In this document: one piece after another, positions 29,660 to 37,725 of the stretch
Layout of the letters: every line of letters begins with the position of its first letter
How positions within the stretch are numbered: position 1 is the first letter of the stretch
Assembly: GCA_045643605.1 (NCBI GenBank)
Contig: JAZULC010000010.1
Coordinates: 96,573-160,572 of the forward strand
Direction of reading: 5' to 3'
Source: Alphaproteobacteria bacterium
GTDB taxonomy: Bacteria; Pseudomonadota; Alphaproteobacteria; RF32; CAG-239
Length of the DNA: 64,000 nt
The notes under the pieces: model-generated
What the model saw: the letters and a program-made list of their open reading frames with translations, nothing else
What the model was told of the DNA's origin: nothing
Database searches by the model: none
Position numbers and translations under genes: made by a program

Positions 29660-32068
29660 ATGTCGTATGCAAATAATTTACGCGAAGAAGAACTTAAAAA
29701 CAAAATAGCGAATGATTATTTCAAATCTTATGATTCAACCCAAATAATAGGAAATATCGATTTCTGTATTGCTAAATACATTGATTCTTCAGAAGGGCGG
29801 CAAGGGGCATTGTTTGATTTTGAAACAACGACTCAATCTTTTCTATGGGCAGAAGCTAAAAGGGGAACTACTCACAATATTTACGAATCTTTCGTTCAGC
29901 TAATTATGACCATCGGAAAAGCGAGAACTTTTGAAAAGTATCTTCCTCCGATTTTTTTTGGTGCTTTTGATGCAGAAAAAATAGCTTTTATCGAATATGA
30001 CACTATATCAGAAATATTTACTCAAAATGATTTCGACTGGACTATTGCCCCGTCGAATCATGAGAGCAAAGAGTTTAAGCAATTATTTAACCTCGTACAA
30101 CATGAATTAGAAAAAAAATCTTTCATATTTTATTATGATAAGGATGAAAATGAACTGAAAAAATTTATAAAAAATAATTTTGTTCTAGGCCGTAAAGGTA
30201 TTTCCCAAATTATTATTACTAAAAATAATTTTACAACGGTATATTTCAAGTGGTTGCAAGAGGTCAAGCCGACAATCAACATAAACTGGGAAAAATCTAA
30301 AAAGCACGGCATTATAGATGCTGATTTTTATTTGGCTGATTTATTGTCAGAAGATAATACTTCAATTAAAGACAGCCTATTTGTATTACTCTCTCGAAAC
30401 AAATATGAAATTGTAAAAGACAATGACAATGAACTAGGTCTGCAGTCAACTTATGATGTTTCCTTCAATGATGGTCAAAAGGCACATATTCGCTTTTGGA
30501 GTATGTATAAACGTCCTCCCCGTAAAGAATTTTGGAATTATATTGTTGAAAGGCGCGACTTATTAGTTCCTCAAGATATCCGAGAAAGAAAAGGTTCATT
30601 TTTTACTCCGCAAAAATGGGTTGAATTAAGCCAAAAATATTTAGAAGATGTTTTGGGCGAAAATTGGCAGGATGAATATTATATTTGGGATTGTTGTGCC
30701 GGAACAGGAAATATGGAAAACGGTTTAACCAATAAATATAATATTTGGGCTTCAACACTTGATAAAGCCGATGTTGATGTTATGAAAGACCGTATAAAAA
30801 ATGGAGCTAATTTGCTTGAAAGTCACGTTTTTCAGATGGACTTCTTAAATGATGATTTTGAAGATAAATGTCCGAAAGACCTGCTGGAAATAATTAATAA
30901 TCCGGAAAAAAGAAAAAAATTAGTTATTTATATTAACCCTCCTTATGCGGAAGCGACTACAGCAACAACAGTTACAGGTAATGGAGCAAATAAATCAAAA
31001 GTATCCATATCAAATAAAACTTATGAGAGGTATAAAAACTTAATAGGTAATGCCAGTAATGAACTGTTTGCGCAGTTTTTTGTTCGTATTTATAAAGAAT
31101 TATCTGGCTGTATACTTGGAGAATTTTCAACTTTGAAAATTCTCCAATCGAGCAACTTTTCCAAGTTTCGTAAAATATTTTTAGCAGACTTAAAAAAAAT
31201 GTTTGTCGTTCCGGCAAACACTTTTGATAATGTTAAAGGACAATTTCCGATTGGTTTTATGATTTGGGATACTACCAACAAAACAGAATTTATATCTAAA
31301 CAATCAGATGTTTATGATAAAAATGCAGTAGAATTAGCAAGTAAAACTTTTTATACTCTTGATGCAAACAGAGGAACAATAAATAGGTGGATAAAATTAA
31401 TAGAAAAACAAGGTGAAAGTACAATTGGGTTTTTGCCAAACCCAGCACCTGATTATCAGAATAATAATTATCTATTTTTGACTATTCTATGTGGTTCTAG
31501 GCACGTCAATTATACACCTATTAATACTTTTACCTTATTAAGTTGTTGTCTATACTTTTCCGTTCGTCATTGTATTGAAGCTACGTGGCTGAATGATAGA
31601 GACCAATTCTTATACCCGAATGATGGATGGCAAGATGATAAAGAGTTCCAATCTGATTGTTTAGCTTTTACTCTTTTTCATGGTCAAAACCGTATAAAAT
31701 CTCAAGATGGCATAAATCACTGGATTCCATTTACTGAAAAGGAAGTAGAACCATTAAATTCTTTCGAAAGTCATTTTATGACTGATTATATAAAGGAAAA
31801 TCAGATTGTATTTTCCAATGCTGCGCAAGTTGTTTTTGCTGCCGGAAGAGAATTATGGAGATATTACCACAAGCAACCAAATGCTAATCCTGATGCAAGT
31901 TTTTATGATATTCGCGCTTATTTCCAAGGAATAGATAAAAGCGGAAAAATGAATAAGGATAGCCAAGATAAAATGTATATGGAACTTATATCTGATTTGC
32001 GTAAAAAAGAGAGAGCTCTGGCGGAAAAAATATCTGAAAAAGTTTATGAATACGGATTTTTAAAATGA
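29660..32068 (+). CDS. fused restriction endonuclease / N6-adenine DNA methyltransferase, Type IIL/IIG (MmeI-like) candidate
   Basis: N-terminal PD-(D/E)xK-like motif (LFDFETT...LWAEAKRG). Gamma-class MTase motifs in order: X (GSFFTPQKWVELSQ), I (WDCCAGTGNMENG), IV (VIYINPPYAE). About 300 aa follow, consistent with a TRD. Confidence 0.55.
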   Translation: MSYANNLREEELKNKIANDYFKSYDSTQIIGNIDFCIAKYIDSSEGRQGALFDFETTTQSFLWAEAKRGTTHNIYESFVQLIMTIGKARTFEKYLPPIFFGAFDAEKIAFIEYDTISEIFTQNDFDWTIAPSNHESKEFKQLFNLVQHELEKKSFIFYYDKDENELKKFIKNNFVLGRKGISQIIITKNNFTTVYFKWLQEVKPTININWEKSKKHGIIDADFYLADLLSEDNTSIKDSLFVLLSRNKYEIVKDNDNELGLQSTYDVSFNDGQKAHIRFWSMYKRPPRKEFWNYIVERRDLLVPQDIRERKGSFFTPQKWVELSQKYLEDVLGENWQDEYYIWDCCAGTGNMENGLTNKYNIWASTLDKADVDVMKDRIKNGANLLESHVFQMDFLNDDFEDKCPKDLLEIINNPEKRKKLVIYINPPYAEATTATTVTGNGANKSKVSISNKTYERYKNLIGNASNELFAQFFVRIYKELSGCILGEFSTLKILQSSNFSKFRKIFLADLKKMFVVPANTFDNVKGQFPIGFMIWDTTNKTEFISKQSDVYDKNAVELASKTFYTLDANRGTINRWIKLIEKQGESTIGFLPNPAPDYQNNNYLFLTILCGSRHVNYTPINTFTLLSCCLYFSVRHCIEATWLNDRDQFLYPNDGWQDDKEFQSDCLAFTLFHGQNRIKSQDGINHWIPFTEKEVEPLNSFESHFMTDYIKENQIVFSNAAQVVFAAGRELWRYYHKQPNANPDASFYDIRAYFQGIDKSGKMNKDSQDKMYMELISDLRKKERALAEKISEKVYEYGFLK

Positions 32069-32070
32069 TG

Positions 32071-32132
32071 TGTCATTTTCTGACATTTGCAGATTTGTTT
32101 AATTTTGACATTGCATAAAAAAATGATAAAAT
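32071..32132 (+). promoter_or_regulatory. putative sigma70 promoter with upstream palindromic operator for the small-ORF/terS module
   Basis: TGTCA-N5-TGACA palindrome at 32071..32085. TTGACA (32105..32110), 16-nt spacer, TAAAAT (32127..32132). Strong RBS follows (AAGGAGAAAG). Confidence 0.35.
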
Positions 32133-32154
32133 AAGAAAAAAAAGGAGAAAGAAA

Positions 32155-32346
32155 ATGTGGTTTGAAAGAAAAAATATAACGCATGAAGAAGCTGAGAAAG
32201 AATATAAAAGACTTATAGCTTTGGAAGAGCGTGAAGATGATGAGTTCGATGAATACAGAATTTCACATATGACTAATGCTGATGATTTAGAAGCGTTAAA
32301 AGGCATAGAAGATTATAATGGAACAAAAAAAACAAAGAAAAAATAA
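32155..32346 (+). CDS. hypothetical small acidic protein (63 aa)
   Basis: Strong RBS, Glu/Asp-rich. Confidence 0.4.
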   Translation: MWFERKNITHEEAEKEYKRLIALEEREDDEFDEYRISHMTNADDLEALKGIEDYNGTKKTKKK

Positions 32347-32355
32347 TATAAAGAT

Positions 32356-32562
32356 ATGAAGATGACTTATGAAGAATTTAAAACAAAATCTAAAGAAAGT
32401 GCTAGAGAGCAATTAAAAGCTTTTGACAAAGAAGAAGTTGAGGAATTTTTACAAAGTGAAGAAGTGGAAAATGTTTTGAAGTCAGAGTGGAATTGTTGGC
32501 AGAATACGCATAGTGAAGAGAAAAAATCGGATATGGGTTATTGCCTAGCAATGATGTTTTAA
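32356..32562 (+). CDS. hypothetical small acidic protein (68 aa), C-terminal ...GYCLAMMF
   Basis: An intact paralog of the frameshifted ORF at 32819..32968. Confidence 0.4.
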   Translation: MKMTYEEFKTKSKESAREQLKAFDKEEVEEFLQSEEVENVLKSEWNCWQNTHSEEKKSDMGYCLAMMF

Positions 32563-32583
32563 AAAATAAAAGGAGCTGAATAA

Positions 32584-32817
32584 ATGTCCGAATTTTTAGA
32601 AAAATATTTGGAATTAAGAAAACATTGGAGCAAATTAGCTCATGAAGGCAAAGATGATGAATATACAAAACTCGTTGAGAAAGCTCATGATGAACTATAC
32701 CCTAAGTTTTCAAGAGAAGACTGGGAATATTTAATAAAAACAGCTCCGAATGCTATGGCAAAAATTGAATTTAAAAAGAGCATGGATTCTTTTATCGGTA
32801 AACAGGAAGGCAAGTAA
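32584..32817 (+). CDS. hypothetical small protein (77 aa)
   Basis: Strong RBS AAGGAG. Confidence 0.45.
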   Translation: MSEFLEKYLELRKHWSKLAHEGKDDEYTKLVEKAHDELYPKFSREDWEYLIKTAPNAMAKIEFKKSMDSFIGKQEGK

Positions 32818-32818
32818 T

Positions 32819-32968
32819 ATGATTGAAAATGTAAAAAATTGGGCAAAAGATTTGGGCTATGATGATGTTGTCTTCTTGAAGAAGTCGAAGAATACTTGCG
32901 GAGTGATGAAGTCAAAGAAACTTTGCAAGAGCATTATAGATGTCGTGGAGAGAACTGCAATCCGATAG
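32819..32968 (+). pseudogene. frameshifted paralog of the 32356..32562 small acidic protein
   Basis: Frame A gives MIENVKNWAKDLGYDD... A second frame continues ...EEVEEYLRSDEVKETLQEHYRCRGENCNPIGDCLALMF*, which parallels ...EEVEEFLQSEEVENVLKSEWNCWQ...GYCLAMMF* of the upstream ORF. Confidence 0.35.
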
Positions 32969-33011
32969 GCGATTGCTTAGCTTTGATGTTTTAATAAGTA
33001 GAGGCTTAAGA

Positions 33012-33227
33012 ATGACGAAAGAAGAGATAACAAAAAAAGTTGGAGCCGAATCTTTTTTTTACCAGACCATGTGGAATGGTTATAAAGTCTATGGTTTAGA
33101 GTTTGGGGAAGATGCTACGATAGGACTTCCTATGTTTATTCTTGAAAAAGGTAGTAAAGCAAGATTGACTACTGAAGATGAAGCATTTGCTATTATTGAT
33201 ACTTTTGAGGATGGAAAAGATGACTAA
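33012..33227 (+). CDS. hypothetical small protein (71 aa)
   Basis: Internal start MTKEEITKKVGAESFF... with RBS. Overlaps the terS start by 8 nt. Confidence 0.35.
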   Translation: MTKEEITKKVGAESFFYQTMWNGYKVYGLEFGEDATIGLPMFILEKGSKARLTTEDEAFAIIDTFEDGKDD

Positions 33228-33621
33228 AACTAATAACTCAAAATATATAGAAACACGTGGTCGTAAGACTGTTATGACTCCCGAAATAATAGATAAATTA
33301 GAGGGGGCTTTTTCTTTGGGATGTACCGATATAGAAGCTTGTTTTATGGCCAATATAAGCAAAACAACCCTCTATAATTATCAAAATACTCATCCGGATT
33401 TTTTGGAGCGAAAAGAGCAATTAAAAGACTCTCTTATTTTGCAAGCTCGTCATGTTATATATGATGCCTTACAAAATAATGATAAAGAAATGGCAAAATG
33501 GTATTTAGAGCGTAAGAAAAAATCTGAGTTCAGCACAAGACAAGAAGTAACAGGAGAAGATTGTCACCCACTCATTCCAAAAATTGAAATTCTTCCTATG
33601 GCTGTTATGAGAGAAGATTAA
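33220..33621 (+). CDS. terS: phage terminase small subunit-like HTH protein (TerS)
   Basis: MTKTNNSKYIETRGRKTVMTPEIIDKLEGAFSLGCTDIEACFMANISKTTLYNYQNTHPDFLERKEQLKDSLILQARHV...EMAKWYLERKKKSEF matches the common proteobacterial small-terminase pattern (KYTPE...IC..L..G.S....C.......ST.Y.W......F...Y.......AKWYLERK..EF). No terL follows. Confidence 0.6.
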   Translation: MTKTNNSKYIETRGRKTVMTPEIIDKLEGAFSLGCTDIEACFMANISKTTLYNYQNTHPDFLERKEQLKDSLILQARHVIYDALQNNDKEMAKWYLERKKKSEFSTRQEVTGEDCHPLIPKIEILPMAVMRED

Positions 33622-33828
33622 TTTTTTTTGTAAATATAAAAAAATAATCCAAATGGGATATTGCGCTTAATTATAATTTTTAATCTGTTTTTAAGGGACA
33701 AATATGGGTCAGTAAGATGAAAAAATAACAATAAATAATAATAAATAAAAACAAACTTATTTTTCATAACTGTTTGATTTTATTGTTTTTATTTCTTCTT
33801 GCTTGTTGCTATTTTTAATCTGGATAAT

Positions 33829-33875
33829 TCTCCAAAACCGAGTGTCGTGAGTTCGAATCTTACTGCCCCTGCCAA
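33829..33875 (+). repeat. attR (duplicated 3' half of tRNA-Trp)
   Basis: 47/47 identical to 25359..25405. Confidence 0.75.
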
Positions 33876-33882
33876 AATAAAA

Positions 33883-33907
33883 ATCGCCAGAAATGGCGAT
33901 TTTTTTA
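33883..33907 (+). terminator. rho-independent terminator (probably the original tRNA-Trp terminator, displaced by the insertion)
   Basis: atcgcca-gaaa-tggcgat followed by TTTTTTT, immediately after attR. Confidence 0.45.
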
Positions 33908-33990
33908 TTTTTCAATATTGTTTCAAAAATTTGTGTTGATATTTTATGCGTCTTGTTATATAACTCGCGTATATAAGATGGAGATGTAAA

Positions 33991-34521
33991 ATGATTTATT
34001 ATAATGTAAACGATATAGTTGTCAGAGACATGATTGATACAGACCCGGAAATAATTACACACGAGGAACATTTGCAAGGTTGGGTTCATCAAAAAGTTGA
34101 AAAATACACACAAAGATTAAAGGACGTTGCAGAAGGTAAATGTGTTGCATTAGTTGCAGAATACAAAGGTAACATAGCTGGTTATTTCAATGTATATCCA
34201 AATTCAGCAGGGGGTTCTTTTGGAGGAAAAGGATTGCCTGAATTAGTTGATTTTGGTGTGCTGGCAAAATACAGAAGACATGGTATCGGAAACGTTTTAA
34301 TGCAAGTGGCAGAAGACATAGCAAAAAGATATTCAGATACTGTTTATTTGGGTGTTGGATTACACAGAGATTATGGTTCTGCACAAAGATTATATATCAA
34401 ACGTGGCTTTATTCCTGACGGAACAGGATTATGGTGGAACGGAAAAAATTTAGAACCATATGCAGATATGAAAAATGATGATGAAGCCGCAATTTATATG
34501 TCAAAGAAGATATCTAAATAA
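33991..34521 (+). CDS. GNAT family N-acetyltransferase
   Basis: Motif A RRHGIGNVLM and overall GNAT fold length. Confidence 0.75.
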   Translation: MIYYNVNDIVVRDMIDTDPEIITHEEHLQGWVHQKVEKYTQRLKDVAEGKCVALVAEYKGNIAGYFNVYPNSAGGSFGGKGLPELVDFGVLAKYRRHGIGNVLMQVAEDIAKRYSDTVYLGVGLHRDYGSAQRLYIKRGFIPDGTGLWWNGKNLEPYADMKNDDEAAIYMSKKISK

Positions 34522-34620
34522 AAGTACCGAGGGATAACTCCCGTGTACTTTTATTTGTTTTCAAATGTTTTTTCCTTTGGTGTCAAAAATAGATACGATT
34601 TTGTAGAAACACCTTCTTTT

Positions 34621-35133
34621 TTATCCTATTTCATTAAGAATAAATTGAAATACTATTTCAGGATATTTATCTCTATACACACGGTGTTGGAATTCTTTGC
34701 CTCCCAATTTTTTATAAAATCCACACGATTTATTTTGCTCCAAGCAACCGATTATAAATTTTTGACCACCATTTTGTTTAACCCAATCTGCAAATGCGTG
34801 TACAAGTTTTTTACCGGCTCCATAACCAATATATTTAGGATCAACATACAAAAATTGCAGTTCAAATATTTTTTCACCTGTTTCAGATACAAACGTATAT
34901 CCGGCCATTGTACCAATGACTAAATCCGTTTCATTTATAGCAACCAATTTTATACCGCTATCTTTGGATAAATATTCTGTGGTTTTTGCAATGTTTGTTC
35001 TAAATTTTTCTTTTGCTGTATCTAAAAATTCGTCATCAAAAATACCTCTATATGCATATTCCCAACTGTTTGCATGAATTTCTTCCCAACGGACGGCATC
35101 TGATGCCTTTGCAGAACGTATTGTGATATTCAT
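34621..35133 (-). CDS. GNAT family N-acetyltransferase
   Basis: Motif A (I/V)GYGAGKKLV... Confidence 0.75.
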   Translation of the reverse strand: MNITIRSAKASDAVRWEEIHANSWEYAYRGIFDDEFLDTAKEKFRTNIAKTTEYLSKDSGIKLVAINETDLVIGTMAGYTFVSETGEKIFELQFLYVDPKYIGYGAGKKLVHAFADWVKQNGGQKFIIGCLEQNKSCGFYKKLGGKEFQHRVYRDKYPEIVFQFILNEIG

Positions 35134-35303
35134 AGTTTGTCTCCTTTTATTTTTAGTCTTATTACGCTTATATCATAATTTTTTTAAAAAGCATCTGCAA
35201 ATTTTTTCAAACAACATCTGTTATTAGTATTCTAACTTGACAAATTAAATTTCTTCATTATACAATTTCGCCAGCTATATTCGATGTTTAAAAAGGGGAA
35301 AAA

Positions 35304-36689
35304 ATGGCAATAACGTGGGCATCAAAATTTGGTTTTATTTTAGCAACGGCCGGTGCTGCCATTGGGCTTGGCAATATTTGGCGATTTCCTTATTTATTTG
35401 CCCAATATGGAGCAATATTCCTTTATATGTATCTTGCATGTGTTATAGGTATAGGTGCTCTCATTGTAATGTCAAAACTTGCTTTTGGGCGCGCTGCACA
35501 TACAGACCTTTTAAAAAGTTTTGATATAGTAGCTAATCAGCAAAATGAGAAAATATCCAAATTATGGACGATTTGTGGATCATGGCTATGTTTGCTAAAT
35601 CTGCTCTTAATCTCGGCTGTTTATGTGATTGTTATCGGGTGGACTCTTTGCTATACATTTTATGGAATCCATAATCTGCTTGCCATAAATGCAATAAATT
35701 TAGATACCGAATTTTTTAATGGTTTAACCGGTTCGTTCGGACAACAATTCTTTTGGCTGATTTGTTGCGTTTTAATCTGCTGCATCATCCTGATGCGTGG
35801 AGTCCAAAAAGGAATAGAACGTATTTGCTCGATTTTGATTCCCGGATTGTTTCTGATATTGATAGGTCTGACAATATGGTTGAGCACAACAGTAGATTTA
35901 CCAAAATTATTCAATTTTTTATTTAATCCTGATTGGTCAAAAATCGGCTTTTCCTCTGTTGGTTTAGATATGCACATTTTTGGAAATGCTGTTTTGGAAG
36001 CGCTGGGACAAGCCATGTATTCACTTTCATTGGGATTTGGAGTTTCATATATCTATGGTTCATATTTAGATAAAAAAATAGATATTGTAAAAAGCACTAA
36101 ATATATTGTCGCTATGGATACATTGGTTGCCTTTTTAGCTGGATTTATTGTTATCGGTGCATTTATTAAAGCTGATCTTCCATTTTCGCAAGGGCCAACG
36201 CTCACTTTTATCAGTATGCCCATGATTTTTAACGATATTCAAGGAGGACATTATTTAGCCTTCGCCTTTTTCTTATTGTTGCTTATGGCTGCTATAACTT
36301 CACTTATATCCATGTATGAACCTGTCATAAATTTGCTTATTACCGAAAAGAAATATTCACGAATTAAAGCTACGTTTTTGGTTGGTTTAGAGAATACCAT
36401 ATTGGGAAGTGTTATTTTGCTGTCATTTTGCAATGTTATCAAACTAAAAGTATTTAATTATAATCTTTTTGATTTTTGTGATAGATTGACAGGAAGATAT
36501 CTTATACCTTTTGTAATAGCCATATATAGTTTATTTATGGGATGGAAAGTATTCCCTATCATTTGGAAGGAACTCCAAAAAGGACATCCAAAAAATATGC
36601 CTGAGTACTTTAAAAAGTATCTGTACGTACTTTTAAAATTTGTTATTCCTGTAATTATTCTCTTTTTGCTGTTAAGCGTAATTATTTAA
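35304..36689 (+). CDS. sodium-dependent transporter (SNF/NSS family)
   Basis: N-terminal GLGNIWRFPY signature. 11-12 predicted TM helices. Confidence 0.85.
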   Translation: MAITWASKFGFILATAGAAIGLGNIWRFPYLFAQYGAIFLYMYLACVIGIGALIVMSKLAFGRAAHTDLLKSFDIVANQQNEKISKLWTICGSWLCLLNLLLISAVYVIVIGWTLCYTFYGIHNLLAINAINLDTEFFNGLTGSFGQQFFWLICCVLICCIILMRGVQKGIERICSILIPGLFLILIGLTIWLSTTVDLPKLFNFLFNPDWSKIGFSSVGLDMHIFGNAVLEALGQAMYSLSLGFGVSYIYGSYLDKKIDIVKSTKYIVAMDTLVAFLAGFIVIGAFIKADLPFSQGPTLTFISMPMIFNDIQGGHYLAFAFFLLLLMAAITSLISMYEPVINLLITEKKYSRIKATFLVGLENTILGSVILLSFCNVIKLKVFNYNLFDFCDRLTGRYLIPFVIAIYSLFMGWKVFPIIWKELQKGHPKNMPEYFKKYLYVLLKFVIPVIILFLLLSVII

Positions 36690-36712
36690 TTTGAAATAGA
36701 AATAAGTGTAAT

Positions 36713-36750
36713 AAATAAGCCGTTTGATAAGTTATTTCAAACGGCTTATT
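36713..36750. terminator. bidirectional rho-independent terminator
   Basis: aataagccgtttga...tcaaacggcttatt perfect 14-bp stem. Confidence 0.45.
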
Positions 36751-36756
36751 TATTAT

Positions 36757-36843
36757 TGGTGCGCTAGGCCAGAATCGAACTGGCACGGGATTGCTCCCAA
36801 CAGATTTTAAGTCTGCAGCGTCTACCTGTTCCGCCACAAGCGC
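36757..36843 (-). tRNA. tRNA-Leu(TAA)
   Basis: 87-nt minus-strand cloverleaf: GCGCTTG acceptor, anticodon loop cTTAAaa, long variable arm, GTTCGATTC T-loop. Confidence 0.85.
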
Positions 36844-37017
36844 AAATCTTTCATGAAAGTAGTTATACCTACTTTTTTTTTATTTGCAACATAAAACTTG
36901 TATTTTTTTTTAAAATGTGCGATATAGTGCTAAACCGTAAGATAAATTTATGGTTTTATACTAACAAACAACACGTCAGAAACAGCGTTTCGGTGTTTAA
37001 TAGAAGGAATATGATTT

Positions 37018-37725
37018 ATGAATAACTTAAATATTTCACTAAAAAATTATATTTTTCCACATATCAATCCTGAAGGATGGAGATTTGTGGGTATTTTTGC
37101 GCTAATAACAGCGTTATTAGCCTGTGTTTGTTCCTTTTTGGGAATAATTGGAATAATTTTAACAATTTGGTGTGTATATTTTTTCCGCGATCCGCAAAGA
37201 ATTACACCTCAAATTAAAGATGTTGTGGTTTCTCCTGCCGATGGTATCGTGCAAATGATTACTGAAGTTAACGGACCGGAAGAACTCAATTTGCAAGACA
37301 AAAAATTTACGCGCATAAGTATTTTTATGAGCGTATTTAATGTTCATGTAAACAGAGCTCCAGCCAGTGGAAAAATTACAAAAACATGCTATGTAAAAGG
37401 TAAATTTTTCAATGCAACTCTTGATAAAGCCAGCAAAGATAATGAACGCCAACTTTTAGCAATGGAAACATCAACAGGTAAAGAAATTGCTTTTGTACAA
37501 ATTGCAGGCCTGATTGCTCGTCGTATTTTATGCTTTGCAAAACCCGGTTCGTCTTACGAGGCCGGAGAACGATTCGGACTAATTCGATTCGGGTCCAGAC
37601 TTGATGTATATTTACCAACAGAAGTAAATCCAAAAGTATGTATCGGACAAACAATGGTAGCCGGAGAGACTGTTCTCGCTAATCTTTCTGATAATAGCCC
37701 TGTGGTTGAAGGAGTAATCAAGTAA
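37018..37725 (+). CDS. psd: phosphatidylserine decarboxylase proenzyme (short form)
   Basis: Self-cleavage site region LIRFGSRLDV (G-S) and overall Psd fold. Overlaps pssA. Confidence 0.85.
   Translation: MNNLNISLKNYIFPHINPEGWRFVGIFALITALLACVCSFLGIIGIILTIWCVYFFRDPQRITPQIKDVVVSPADGIVQMITEVNGPEELNLQDKKFTRISIFMSVFNVHVNRAPASGKITKTCYVKGKFFNATLDKASKDNERQLLAMETSTGKEIAFVQIAGLIARRILCFAKPGSSYEAGERFGLIRFGSRLDVYLPTEVNPKVCIGQTMVAGETVLANLSDNSPVVEGVIK

Larger units (their letters stand above)
25359..33875 (+). mobile_element. about 8.5-kb integrated element at tRNA-Trp, phage-satellite (PICI)-like: int, alpA, HUH rep, serine recombinase, RM cargo, terS
   Basis: Perfect 47-bp direct repeat tctccaaaaccgagtgtcgtgagttcgaatcttactgcccctgccaa at 25359..25405 (3' half of tRNA-Trp) and 33829..33875. 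Tyrosine integrase next to the tRNA. Excisionase, a replication initiator and terS are present, with no capsid, tail or terL genes. Confidence 0.7.

Noticed and set aside
28820-29660. hix/gix-like inversion sites around the serine recombinase
   Set aside because: No convincing 26-bp TTATCAAAAACC-type palindromes were found by eye. The invertible-switch idea is kept only as a hypothesis in the findings.
33757-34113. 118-aa minus-strand ORF across attR
   Set aside because: Spans the att repeat, the terminator and the start of a convincing GNAT gene on the other strand.
34543-34923. 126-aa plus-strand ORF
   Set aside because: Antisense to a GNAT acetyltransferase with clear motifs. Low-complexity product.
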